A stretch of DNA of 64,000 nucleotides from Heterodontus francisci (lineage: Eukaryota), in contig NC_090373.1 in NCBI RefSeq assembly GCF_036365525.1, positions 40,339,590 to 40,403,589 of the forward strand. Direction: 5' to 3'. The number at the start of each line of letters is the position of its first letter. The first letter of the stretch is position 1. This document shows, piece by piece, positions 12,111 through 23,531 of this stretch. The position numbers and the translations under genes are program-made. Below the pieces are notes generated by a model, which saw only the letters and a list, made by a program, of their open reading frames with translations, was not told the origin of the DNA and ran no database searches.

Positions 12111-14260
12111 GTACTCCTCCATGTTGAACAGCACTCGGAGGAAGCGCTGAGCGTGGCAAGGGCGCAGAATGTACTCTGGATAGGGACTTCCATGTCCATC
12201 ACCAACTGGGTCGCACCACTACTGATCGAGCTGGCCGAGTCCTAAAGGACACCACAGCTGCTAGACTGGGTCTGTGGCAAGTGGTGAGGGAACAACAAGA
12301 GGGAAAAACATACTTGACCTCATCCTCCCTAATTTGCCTGCTGCAGATGCGTCTGTCTATGACAGTATTGGTAGATGTGACCACCTCACAGTTCATGTAG
12401 AGATGAAGTCCCGTCTTCACCTTGAGAATACCCTCCATCGTGTTGTGTGGCACTACCACTGTGCTAAATGGGATAGATTTCGAAGAGATAACCACATGGC
12501 CCAGCATATCCCCCACTCTACCTTTACCATCAAGCCGGGGATCAACCCCGATTCAATGAAGAGTGCAGGAGAGCATGCCAGGAGCAGCACCAGGTATACC
12601 TCAAAATGAGATGTCAACCTGGTGAAGCGACAACCCAGGACTACTTGCATGCCAAACAGTGTAAGCAACATGTGATAGACAGAGCCAAGCGTTCCCACAA
12701 CCAACGGATCAGATCTAAGCTCTCTAGTCCTGCCACATCCAGCCGTGAATGGGGGTGGACAATTAAACAACTAATGGGAGGAGGTGGGTCCACAAATATC
12801 CCCATTCTTAATGATGGGAGAGCCTAGAACATCAATGCAAAAGATAAGGCTGAAGCATTTGCAACAATCTCCAGTCAGAAGTATTGAGTGGATGATTCAT
12901 CTCGGCCTCCTCCTGAAGTCCCCACCATCACAGATGCCAGACTTCAGCCACTTCGATTCACTTCGTGTGATATCAAAGACGACTGAAGGCGCTGGATACT
13001 GCAAAGGCTATGGGCCCTGACAACATTCCGGCAATAGCACTGAACGCCTGTGCTCCCGAACTTGCCGCGCCCCTAGACAAGCTGTTCCAGTACACCTACA
13101 ACGCTGGTATCTACCCGGCAATGTGGAAAATTGCCCTGGTATGTCCTGTACACATAAAGCAGGACAAATCCAACCTAGACAATTACCGCCCCATCAGTCT
13201 ACTCTCGATCATCAGTAAATTGATGGAAGGTGTCATTCACAGTGTTATCAAGTGGCATTTGCTTAGCAATAACCTGCTCAGTGATGCTCAGTTTGGGTTC
13301 CGCCAGGACCACTGAGTTCCTGACCTCATTGCAGCCTTGGTTCAAACATGGACAAAAGAGCTGAACTCAACCATCTTCAGCTGCTTCATCAATGACCTTC
13401 CTTCAATCATAAAGTCAGAAGTGGGGCTGTTCACTGATGATTGCGCAATGTTCAGCACCATTCATGACATCTCAGTTACTGAATCAGTCCGTGTAGAAAT
13501 GCAGCAAGATATGGACAATCACAAGCTTGGGTTGATAAGTCGCAAGTAACATTTGAACCACACAAGTGCCAGACAATGACCATCTCCAACAAGAGAGAAT
13601 CTAACCATCTCCCCTTGACATTCAATGGCATTACCATTGCTGAATCCCGCACTATCAACATCCTGGGGATTACCATTGACCAGAAACTGAACTGGAGTAG
13701 CCATATCAATACTATGGCTGCAAGAGCAGGTCAGAGGCTAGGAATCCTGCGGCGAGTAACTCACCTCCTGACTCCCCAAAGTCTGTCCACCATCTACAAG
13801 GCACAAGTCAGGAGTGTGATGGAGTACTCTCCACTTGCCTGGATGGGTGCAGCACCAACAACACTCAAGAAGCTCAACACCATTCAGGAAAAAGCAACCC
13901 GCTTGATTGGCGCACTGTCCACAAACAATCACTCCCTCCACCACCGATGCACAGTGGCAGCAGTGTGTACTATCTACAGTGTGTACTATTGCACTGCAGC
14001 AATTCACTAAGGTTACTCAAGCAGCACCTTCCAAACCCGTGACCTCTACCACCTAGAAGGACAAAGGCAGCAGATGCGTGGGAATACCACCACCTGCAAG
14101 TTGCCCTCCAAGTCACACACCATCCTTACTTGGAACTATATCGCCACTTCTTCACTGTCGCTGGGTCAAAATCCTGGAACTCCTTCCGATCAGCACTGTG
14201 GGTGTACCTACCCCGCATGGACTGCAGCGGTTCAAGAAAGCAGCTCACCACCACCTTCTC
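12110..14260 (+). mobile_element. Family B CR1/L2-group LINE (endonuclease end to RT/C-terminus, internally deleted)
   Basis: TTRGKNILDLIL (endonuclease), GPDNIPAIAL and NYRPISLLSIISKLME (RT), MTISNKRESNHLPLTFNG (ORFs 12274, 13010, 13576). 3' tail missing. Confidence 0.9.
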
Positions 14261-15084
14261 AGTGTCAGGTGTCACTATGCAGGTGCCGATGGCATTTTTA
14301 AAGGGCTTCAAGCCCTGCATTACAATTTAAAGTTTTGAAGCGATAGTGCATTAGAATTTATTTTTTTTTAAAATACATATTTCCAGCCTCTCTCCCATCC
14401 CCACAATAACCATATTCCTTGCATCACCACCCCCCACCCCCCCACCCCAACCACAAAGTACTTACCTTGAGTATCTGGCCTTCCCCCACAAACTTCACAA
14501 ACCTTCACCACTTCCCGCCATCCCCAGCACCAATCAGATTAGTTTGACCCCGCTCCCCGCCTCCCACACTGAAATACTTACCTGCTCCCTCTCCCAAAGG
14601 GGACCGAAGGTATGGTTGCTAAATTTGCTGATGAAACAAAGATTGGTAGGAAAGTAAGTTGTGAAGAGGACATTACGAGGCTACAAAGGGATATAGATAG
14701 ATTAAGTGAGTGGGCAAAGAGCTGGCAAATGGACTATAATGTGGGAAAATGTGAAATTGTCCATTATAGCAGGAAGGATAAAAAAGAAGCATATTATCTA
14801 AATTGTGAGAGATTGCAGAGCTCTGAGATGCAGAAGGATCTGGGTGTCCTCATGCATGAATCGCAAAAGGTTAGGATGCTGGTACAGTAAGTAATTAGGA
14901 AAGCTAATCGGATGTTATCATTTCTTGTGAGGAGAATTGAATACAAAAGTAGGGATATTATGCTTCAGCTTTACAGGACATTGGTGAGACCACATCTGGA
15001 GTGCTGTGTGCTGTATTGGTCTCCTTATTTAAGGAAGGATGTAAATGTGTTGGAAGCAGTTCAGAGTCGGTTTACTAGACTAAT

Positions 15085-15238
15085 ACCTGGAATTGGAGGG
15101 TTGTCTTATGAGGAAAGGCTGGACAGGCTAGGCTTGTAGCTGCTGGAGTTTGGAAGAGTAAGAGGCAACTTGACTGAAACCTGTAAGATTCTGAGGGGTC
15201 TTGACAGGATGGATGTGGAAAGGATGTTTCCTCTTGTA
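15085..15238 (+). repeat. 154-bp direct repeat, copy 1 (copy 2 at 15839-15992), flanking the RTE
   Basis: ACCTGGAAT...TTTCCTCTTGTA is present on both sides. I count 9 mismatches and no indels. Confidence 0.9.
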
Positions 15239-15838
15239 TGTCAGCCAAGAGCGACGTCTCAATACATTCCATTTTCGCTGCCTTCGGAGAATCCTTGGCA
15301 TCAGGTGGCAAGACCGGATCTCCAACACTGAAATCCTCAAGGTGGCCAACATCCCCAGCATATACACCCTACTGAGCCAGCGGCGCTTGAGATGGCTTGG
15401 CCATGTGAGCTGCATGGCAAATGGCAGGATCCCCAAGGACACATTGTACAGCGAGCTCGTCACTGGTATCAGACCTACCGGCCATCCATGTCTCTGTTTT
15501 AAAGACATCTGCAAACGCGACATGAAGTCCATTTGACATTGATCACAAGTCGTGGGAGTCAGTTGCCAGTGATCGCCGGAGCTGGCGGACAGCCATAAAG
15601 GCAGGGCTAAAGTGTGGCGAGTCGAAGAGATTTAGCAGTTGGCAGGAAAAAAGACAGAAGCGCAAGGGGAGAGCCAACTGTGAAACAGCCCTGCCAACCA
15701 ATTTTATCTGCAGCACCTGTGAAAGAGTCTGTCACTCTAGAATTGGCCTTTATAGCCACTCCAGGCGCTGCTTCATAAACCACTGACCACCTCCAGGCAC
15801 TTACCCATTGTTTCTCGAGACAAGGAGGCCAAAGAAAG
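15239..15838 (+). mobile_element. 5'-truncated RTE-clade LINE
   Basis: ERRLNTFHFRCLRRILGIRWQDRISNTEIL...RRLRWLGHV...GRIPK (ORF 15201..15536). Tail GAGACAAGGAGGCCAAAGAAAG. Confidence 0.9.
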
Positions 15839-16595
15839 ACCTGGAATGGGAGGGTTGTCTTATGAGGAAAGGTTGGACAGGGTAGGCTTATACCTGCTGT
15901 AGTTTAGAAGAGTAAGAGGCAACTTGACTGAAACATGTAAGATTCTGAGGGGTCTTGACAGGCTGGATGTGGAAAGGATGTTTCCTCTTGTAGGAGAATC
16001 TAGAACTAGGCATCACTGTTTAAAAATCAGGAGTCGCCCATTTAAGACAGAGATGAGGGGAAGTTTTTTTCTCACAGAGGATCGTGAGTCTTTGAAACTC
16101 TCTTCCTCAAAAGGCAGTGGAAGCAGAGTCTTTTTAAAGCAGAGGTAGATAGATGCTTGATAAGTAAGAGAATGAAAGGTTATCAGGCATAGGCGGGAAT
16201 GTGGAGTTGAGGTCTCAATCAGATCAGCCATGATCTTATTGAATGGCAAAGCAGGCTCGAGGGGCTGAGTGGCCTACTCCTGCTCCTAATTCATATGTTG
16301 GTATGTCCCCACTAGTGTTACACCTTAGATCTCCGGACAGAGATCCGAAAGCGCGGGTGTGCTGGCCACTGGCTACAAAATCAGAGTGAAACAGATGACG
16401 GGAGCGCATAAGTCATTAATTCATTCATTTTAATAAATTTGCCTGTGTAAATTTTGGTCCCATTGCCGAGCAGCGGTGGGGGGCTGCCACGAGGCCTTGC
16501 CACTGCCGGCAATATCGGGCTGGGCCATCCCGGCGTTGAAGCCCATGACGGACCTCTCCTGGAGGCATTTTCTGACTGGCCGCACCACAGCCCCA

Positions 16596-16890
16596 GGCGG
16601 CACTGTGGTTAGCACTGCAGCCTCACAGCTCCAGCAACCTGGGTTCGATTCTGGGTACTGCCTGTGCGGAGTTTGCAAGTTCTCCCTGTGACTGCGTGGG
16701 TTTCCTCCCACACCCAAAGACTTGCAGGTTGATAGGTAAATTGGCCATTGTAAATTGCCCCTAGTGTAGGTAGGTGGTGGGGATGTGGTAGGGAATATGC
16801 GATTAATGTAGGATTAGTATAAATGGGTGGTTGCTGGTCAGCACAGACTCAGTGGGCTGAAGGGCCTGTTTCAGTGCTGTATGACTCTAT
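16596..16890 (+). mobile_element. HE1-type V-SINE
   Basis: GTGGTTAGCACTGCAGCCTCACAGCTCC, GGTTCGATTC, V-domain, tail GGGCCTGTTTCAGTGCTGTATGACTCTATGAC. Confidence 0.9.
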
Positions 16891-16984
16891 GACCCCTGCT
16901 GTCGGGGGTGGGGGGGCTGTAAAATCCAGGCCTAAGACTCTTCTTGGAGCAGTGAAGGTTAGAGAGGTAATAGAGGTTTTCAGG

Positions 16985-17285
16985 GGGCCAAGAAGTAAAG
17001 GCCAAAGTTTCAAATCATTGGCTAAAGTTCTATAGGGCGAATGAGGAGAATATTTTTTTACTCAGAGTCTTGTTGGGATCTGGAATGCTCTACCTGAAAA
17101 GGTAGCAGATGATGATTATTCTATAATTTTAAAAGGAAGTTTGACAGATTCATGAGAATGAAGAACTTAAGCATTACAGAAAAAAGCAGGGATGTGGGAC
17201 TAATCACAACTACCCTTTCAAAGAGGTAGCACAGGCACAATGGCCCGAATGGCCTCCTTCTGTGCTGTAAATTTCCATGATGCTT
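16985..17285 (+). mobile_element. Old CR1 3' end fragment
   Basis: TTTTTTACTCAGAG...GGATCTGGAATGCTCTACCTGA and tail GGCCCGAATGGCCTCCTTCTGTGCTGTAA. Confidence 0.7.
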
Positions 17286-18099
17286 CCGGATCAATATGAA
17301 AATAGGTTGAGCACGTTTCAAACATCAGTCACAGCACAAAGATCTGCTCAGCACATCTCTTTTATCTTCTAAAGTCATAGTAACTTTCCAGGATAGTGGT
17401 CATAAAAGGGAAGCTATTTCATTTAGTGTGGAAAGGCATTTGACAAGATAAAATCACACTATTTAGCCATGCCATAAACAACAGATTTTAGATCAAATCA
17501 ATTCACAGGAGTGTGCCTGAGATCTCCTGATATATACGGGTGGCAGTGATGAGAGGAGTGGTGAGGCACACTGTACCCCAAAAATAGCCCTCAGGTGTTG
17601 CGCAGAATTTTAGTCAGACCTTCCCTTTTACCTTGACGACCTTATTACTTTTACTGTACTGGGGAGTGCTGAATTTAAAAGAGGCAGAGGGTTCTTAGGA
17701 CAGAGAATGCCCTACCAGAAACATTGGTGGAAACAGAATCCATAATAGTTTTCAAAAGAGGAGTTTATAAATGTAAACGGGTATGGGGATAGACCAGTGG
17801 AATGGTACTAAGTACCATTTCAGAGAACTGGTATAGTTGTAATGGGTCAAATGGTCTCTTTCTGTGCCATAACATTTTACAGGCCTAAAATTCCAGTCCG
17901 GGCCAAGGTGTAACTGAGCAAATTTCTAGTCATGGGACTGGAAAATGGGGTAAAACCCGGCTGCACCTGGATTCTGAACAGTTTTTTTGGTCCAGACCTT
18001 TGGCTGGGGTGTGTGATTAAGTTTCCACCTGCATCTCCCCTGCACAATCCCCACCCACTCTCCAGCTCCCATGTTAAGACAGCATGTCACAAAATTTCT

Positions 18100-18620
18100 A
18101 CTGACCGAGCTGACCGAGGCCTGAAGGAAATATCTACCAAACAGGGCCTGAGGCAAGTGGTGAGAGAATTAACACGAGGGAAAAACCTACTTGACCTTGT
18201 CCACTTGCAATCTACATGTCACAGATGCACTTGGCCATGACAGTATTAGTAGGAGCGAGGAAGTCCTGTCTTCAACAGAGGACACCTACCATCACATTAT
18301 GTGGCATTACCACTGTGCTAAATGGGATAGATTCAGATCAAATCTAGCAGCTCAGAACTGGGCATCCATGAGGCGCAGTGGGCCATCAGCAGAAGCAGAA
18401 TTGTATTCTATCACAATCTATAAACTCATGGTTTGGTCCTGCATATTGCTCACTCTATGAGTGTACCTACACCCCAAGGTTGCTGGTGTACCTACACCCC
18501 AAGGACTGCAGCAGTTCAAGAAGGCAGCTCACCACCACCTTCTCAAGCACAATTAGGGATGGGCAATAAATGCTGGCCTAGCCAGCGATGCCCACATCCC
18601 ATGAACAAACTTTAAAAAAA
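18100..18620 (+). mobile_element. Family B LINE with large internal deletion (endonuclease segment fused to 3' tail)
   Basis: 18140-18430 matches ~12270-12500 (CACTGTGCTAAATGGGATAGATT). 18460-18620 is the 3' UTR and tail. Confidence 0.8.
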
Positions 18621-18916
18621 GAAAAAAATATTGGAATAGCTTCAATGAATAAGAATTGCCAACAATATTGGATATTGTAAAATGTGGTATGACATTAGTA
18701 CTTGTTGGAGCACTCATTACATTATTCAGTCAAAGAAGCATGAACTCTGAAAAAATATTTTGCAATTCTTTTAAGGATGTAAATAAACGTATGCACAACA
18801 CATTGAGTAAGTTGCATCAAAAGCGCATTGTGCTGCTTGTATGTTGGGTCAGTACAATAAAAATCACCCAAAGCCTTAAGAAAGGTTCTCAAAACACTTC
18901 TGTTCCACAAGTACGA

Positions 18917-20645
18917 TAGAGGTTAAATCAGTTAGCCGTCGAAAACAGGCATGGGGTTTGTGATGCATGATTAACATATGCCCATTCAGTGAAATGCAAG
19001 CAGCACACCAACCTTGTGCTGCATGCTCATTATAATGATCTTTGTGGGTTGTCCACACTCCCTCTGCTGTTCATTGGCTGCACGGATCAGCAGGGGGCCC
19101 AAAATCATTCGTGGCTAACACTATTTATGGCTAATCTGCACCTCTTAAAGGGGAGGTACATTCTGGCTGGAATTGTTACTGAGTGCATTCTGGAATTTGT
19201 GCAGTGGAAGAATCAACAATGGCTAACTAAGGAACAGAGTGTGCACCAAGGTTTTCGGATGCTGCACTGGTTGTCTTTGTAGAGGAGGTGGAAAGGAGGA
19301 GAGATGCTCTGTAGCCTCAGGTGGGGGGGGGGGTGTGGTTGAGGTGGGGGGAGCAGGAAGCAATCCAGACATATGCTCAGAGGGCAAGGCCAAGAGACAA
19401 CTGAGGAGGTTAATGCCAGGAGTCTAGTCCCAATGACCTCGATGCAGTGTCAGAAGGAGTTTAATGAACTCATACAAGTTGACAAGGTCAGTGAATGTAT
19501 CTTCAAATGACATAGGCTACCAATTGCATTACTAGCCTCATCCACTGTTCAGTTTGCTACAACCTATCACTCACCTAGCAACAACCTCTAACAATCAGGA
19601 CTTATAACTAGCATTCACATGCTTCACCTCACCCTTATACACTTAGAAGTGTTGTAAGCCTCACATTCACATCTCATAGCTTGCATACACTAGCAGCTAT
19701 TCAGCCATGACAGACAGATCACCCAAATATATTGTACAACAGATGAACAGGACTCACGTGAAGGTATTGATGGGCCAGGGTACAGAAGAAGGCTAATGGG
19801 TGTACAAATCTAAGTACTTGATGCACTGGCAAGCCTGTCAGAAAGCCTGTTCAATGTCAAGAAGCATGGAGGAGTCCAGCATCAACTTGGCACAGAGATT
19901 TGTGCAGAGCTTGGAGTCCATACTTTCCAACAATCTTCTGCCAGCTTTGATTTGGATACCAATGTGCAAAGGGGCTGCCAGAACGTCACAGCACTCCAAC
20001 AATCTGTTCTCGAATAGAAATGCTTCTTAAAGACCTTCTACAGATATGGCCTCCTGCTGAGGGCCCTTCCTCCCTCCTCCTCCTCTCTCTTCTAGCAGCT
20101 TGTCCTACTCTGTGTGGCCTCTACTCATTCTGCCAGTCATGCTCAACGTCAAGAGGAAGTCCTACTAGGTCATCCATGTCTGGAAGCAACTGGTTTGTAT
20201 ACAAGCTTTTAAGTCACCAGAACAGAACTTCAGCACCAGTCAGACCACTCCCTGTAGATTATTGAAAATTTTTAGAAGCATGGAAAAGCGTCCAAAATAC
20301 ATAGAATTGCAGCAGCAGCCAGAAGAAATAATCTAGCCGAGTCCTTCATACCATTGAATGCTTCTTCAGCTGTGGGAGGTTAGGAGAGGATGCAGGCTGG
20401 AGATGGAGCTCCAAAATGACAGCACTGGCATCAAGCAGCATTGCACACTGATTGGCATCATGATCTGTCTGCTTTGCATACTACCGGTGAACATTAGGTG
20501 TACAGGCACTAATCCCTTTACCAAAATGGTGTCTGGTGCACTTCCTGTCAGACGTGTGCACCTGTGCTGAGGATGCTATTTTGGAACCTTAAGGGGCCTG
20601 GCAGCACCCCAAAAATGTTCACTAACTAGCCCAATTTCCCGGTCC
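18917..20645. mobile_element. Internally deleted Harbinger: Myb/SANT gene remnant (+) and transposase N-terminus (-)
   Basis: 19240-19490 reads CAPRFSDAALVVFVEEVERRRDAL...MQCQKEFNELIQVDK|GTCAGT. The minus strand at 20010-20180 reads ...RALSRRPYL*KVFKKHF, like the Harbinger transposase N-terminus. TIRs degraded. Confidence 0.6.
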
Positions 20646-21573
20646 TCCATCCCCCACCATTGTCTCGTAAAAGATAATTACATGAAACAAGCATTACTAA
20701 TACTTGATACATCAATGGAAAAGTGAATGACTGTGTCAAGTGCTGGCTTTTTCATAGCTGAGGACAACTTATATTTTACAGCTTGGCAGAAGCATGAATA
20801 ATGGAATGTGAAAGTAAATTCTAAGGCAAATAATGAATTGATTTTTGAGTCTCCTGCAGGATGTATTATGGTTGGAGGTCAAGATCTATAATTTCCTGAG
20901 GAAGTACATAACCTTTATACAGCAGGATGAACAGTGAATTTGATATTGGCCTCTGGAGATTTCTGGATTGCCAATTGTAGTGTCATCGTTTGTTATAAAT
21001 TGCACAATTCGAAAAATGGTGAAATGCAAGACGATGAGAAGACTGAAATTTACCTTTCTAATATATTGAGGATTCATGAGAGAACAGACAATTACAAAAA
21101 GTAAATCATTAATGTCAGACGATATAACCTGTGAGCACTATGTGACCAAGTGAATTATAGGTACTGAGTCACACCTGATTTTAATGATTCAAATCCTGTA
21201 ACTGTATCTTTTAATGGTTGTTTTCAGCCATTTACTTTGACAGCATGAAATAAAAAGAGCAAAGAGAGAGAAACAGGGTCTGATCAACATTCTGGAACTA
21301 CACTGGTACTGGGAAAGAACATGGCCTAGCCAATCCACAATATTGAAAAAACAACTGTGGACTTGAAGAAAGCAGCAAGATAAAACTATTACAATGTACC
21401 TTTAGCTCAAAAGATAAGTGATCTCACCGCATGTATGATGAAATTTTTTTTTTGAAAATTAGTATATTATAGAAAACAAAATCGCAATTTTGGGCTCAGA
21501 TACAGTCTACTCATCAATGCATTAAAGTGGTAAATCAGGTCTTAAAAATTTGAAAGGCTTTATCAATAGGTAT

Positions 21574-22880
21574 TGGCCCTGATATTAACTGGGAGATGTG
21601 CTGGAAGTGGTAGTGCGGGGAGTGGTTCAACACTCTGCCTTCTCAAGCATACTCCATCTCATCATTCCTCACACCCACTAACCTTGCACATGCATTCACT
21701 GTCTATTAATTTCCTCACATACCTATCTATCCATCCATCACCTCCACTCACCCTATTCCTTATGGAATTTCAAGCCTCTCCCTGATACTCACCCTCACAA
21801 AATGAATTCCATCCATTGATTGAACACTTGCCATTGATCTCACTCATAGATCTGTTCTTTATCTCATTACAGAAGAAGAGAGCAGAGAACACGAGGAAGA
21901 TAAGTGAACTAAAGTGGCCAGCCAGCCATTTCACAACTAACTGCAAAGGGGTACGCACTGGAAATCAATGGAGTTTTGGCAAGTCTGGCTGTTGGAGGTT
22001 GGGAGTCATGTCATACGGCACTCAGTCATGTTGACTTGATTTCAATAGCAAGTGAAATATGACCATCTTCATAATGATAACTTGTAACATCCTTACCTTG
22101 CCAGGAATAACTCATGTCTTTTATCTCTGATAGGGCCTTCAAGCATGCAGCAGGAGTTGCTTGAGGTCACGGATGACGATTCCTCAGGGGAGCTGAGTCC
22201 TACTGAGGGTGTGCTGTCACAGGAATCATGCATGCCATGCACCAACTCAGATACTTACACTTCAATGGTATCTCATAGGCAGAATATTGGGTTTTCACCT
22301 GGTGACTCACACTTCATAAGTGAGCAAGAGCAGATGGTGAAATCAGTAACAACTTGGAGAGTCCACATCAGAGGACACCGCCATCTCCAAGCTCTGCTTA
22401 TTTAGGCATAGACACCGTACCCTTGGCACCATTGATAAAAAGGAGAGCAGCAGCCAATAATGTGCGACGCATTGACACACCTTCCAAATCCACTCACCAC
22501 CATTGCAGACTCGTCACGACTGCAGAGAGAATGGAGGAGTCCAGCTCACGCATGAGTGGGTTGATGTTATAGACTATCACGGTGATGTGCTCTTTCGTGG
22601 ATAGAGTGACCGGGGCTGTGGAACATCAAACACACCAATCAAATGAGTCCATGCTCACCTCGACTACAGTTGTGCAGACTCTGGATGCCAACATGTCTGC
22701 CACCTTAAATAGGGTGATGGGTATCTTAGCCTTGACCTTACAACACCCCACTGATCTGCAAGAAAGTGTTCATCAGCACAGTGCTAGCATTGAAATACGG
22801 CTGGGCCATGAGAGTGATGATGGTGAAAGGGGGCCTGGAATTGGGGACTCCACTCAAACCACTACCTGTCCTCTCCGGTG
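21574..22880 (+). pseudogene. Harbinger Myb/SANT-like gene remnant (exons 2-3)
   Basis: TTACAG|AAGAAGAGAGCAGAGAAC (KKRAENTRKI) sits at the exon-2 position. The downstream exon has SPTEGVLSQ..TNSDTYTS and MEES motifs like those in the other copies. Confidence 0.5.
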
Positions 22881-22884
22881 GACA

Positions 22885-23145
22885 AAAAAAGATCCCTGAT
22901 ACTATTTGAAGAACAGAACAGCAGTTCTCCCCAGTGTCCTAGCCAATCTTTAGCCCTCAACCAACATCACTACAAAAACAGACTACTTCACTGCTGTTGG
23001 TGGTACCTTGCTGTGTGCAAATTGGTTGTCATGTCTTCTATGTTACAACATTGACTGTAGGTCATAAGTGTTTCCTTGGCTGTAAAGCACTTTGGAATAT
23101 ACATGAGGTCATGAAAGGGGCTACATAAATGCAATTTCTTTTCTT
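22885..23145 (+). mobile_element. DeuSINE (SacSINE1/AmnSINE1-related), 3' part
   Basis: Deu-domain-like AAAGATCCC..ACTATTTGAAGAA..GTTCTCCCCAGTGTCCTAGCCAA..CCCTCAACCAACATCACT..CTTGCTGTGTGCAAATTGG, then L2-type tail GGCTGTAAAGCACTTTGG..GAAAGGGGCTACATAAATGCAA. Confidence 0.8.
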
Positions 23146-23185
23146 TCTATGGTCTCTAGATTACACTGATGCTTAGCCAGATATT

Positions 23186-23531
23186 TTAGTTTAGTTTAGA
23201 GATACAGCACACTGAAACAGGCCCTTCGGCCCACCGAGACTGTGCCGACCATCAACCACCCATTTATACTAATCCTACACCAATTCTATATTCCTACCAC
23301 ATCCCCACCTGTCCCTATATTTCCCTACCACCTACCTATACTCGAGGCAATTGCTAATGGCCAATTTATCTATCAACCTGCAAGTCTTTGGCATGTGGGA
23401 AGAAACCGGAGCACCCGGAGGAAACCCACGCAGACACAAGGAGAACTTGCAAACTCCACACAGGCAGTGCCCAGAATTGAACCCGGGTCGCTGGAGCTGT
23501 GAGGCTGCGTTGCTAACCACTGCGCCACTGT
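23186..23531 (-). mobile_element. HE1-type V-SINE, full length
   Basis: Reverse complement of the 6241-6562 family, with a (CTAAA)n tail at 23186-23198. Confidence 0.92.

Larger units (their letters stand above)
14595..16305 (+). mobile_element. 5'-truncated CR1 LINE interrupted by an RTE
   Basis: VAKFADETKIG, LVRPHLECCVLYWSP and ESRTRHHCLKIR motifs. 3' tail GGGCTGAGTGGCCTACTCCTGCTCCTAATTCATATG. Confidence 0.9.
14262..16932. mobile_element. MITE family A, inverted relative to 701-2259, hosting CR1, RTE and HE1 insertions
   Basis: GGCATTTTTAAAGGGC at ~14291 is the reverse complement of GCCCTTTAAAAATGGCGCC (~2060, ~59617). Terminal AAAATCCAGGCC at 16921-16932. The other end is lost. Confidence 0.7.

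Noticed and set aside
20860-20937. Possible terminal exon after CTCCTGCAG (DVLWLEVKIYNFLRKYITFIQQDEQ*)
   Set aside because: It is short, has no recognisable homology and no partner exons, so it cannot be supported without a search.
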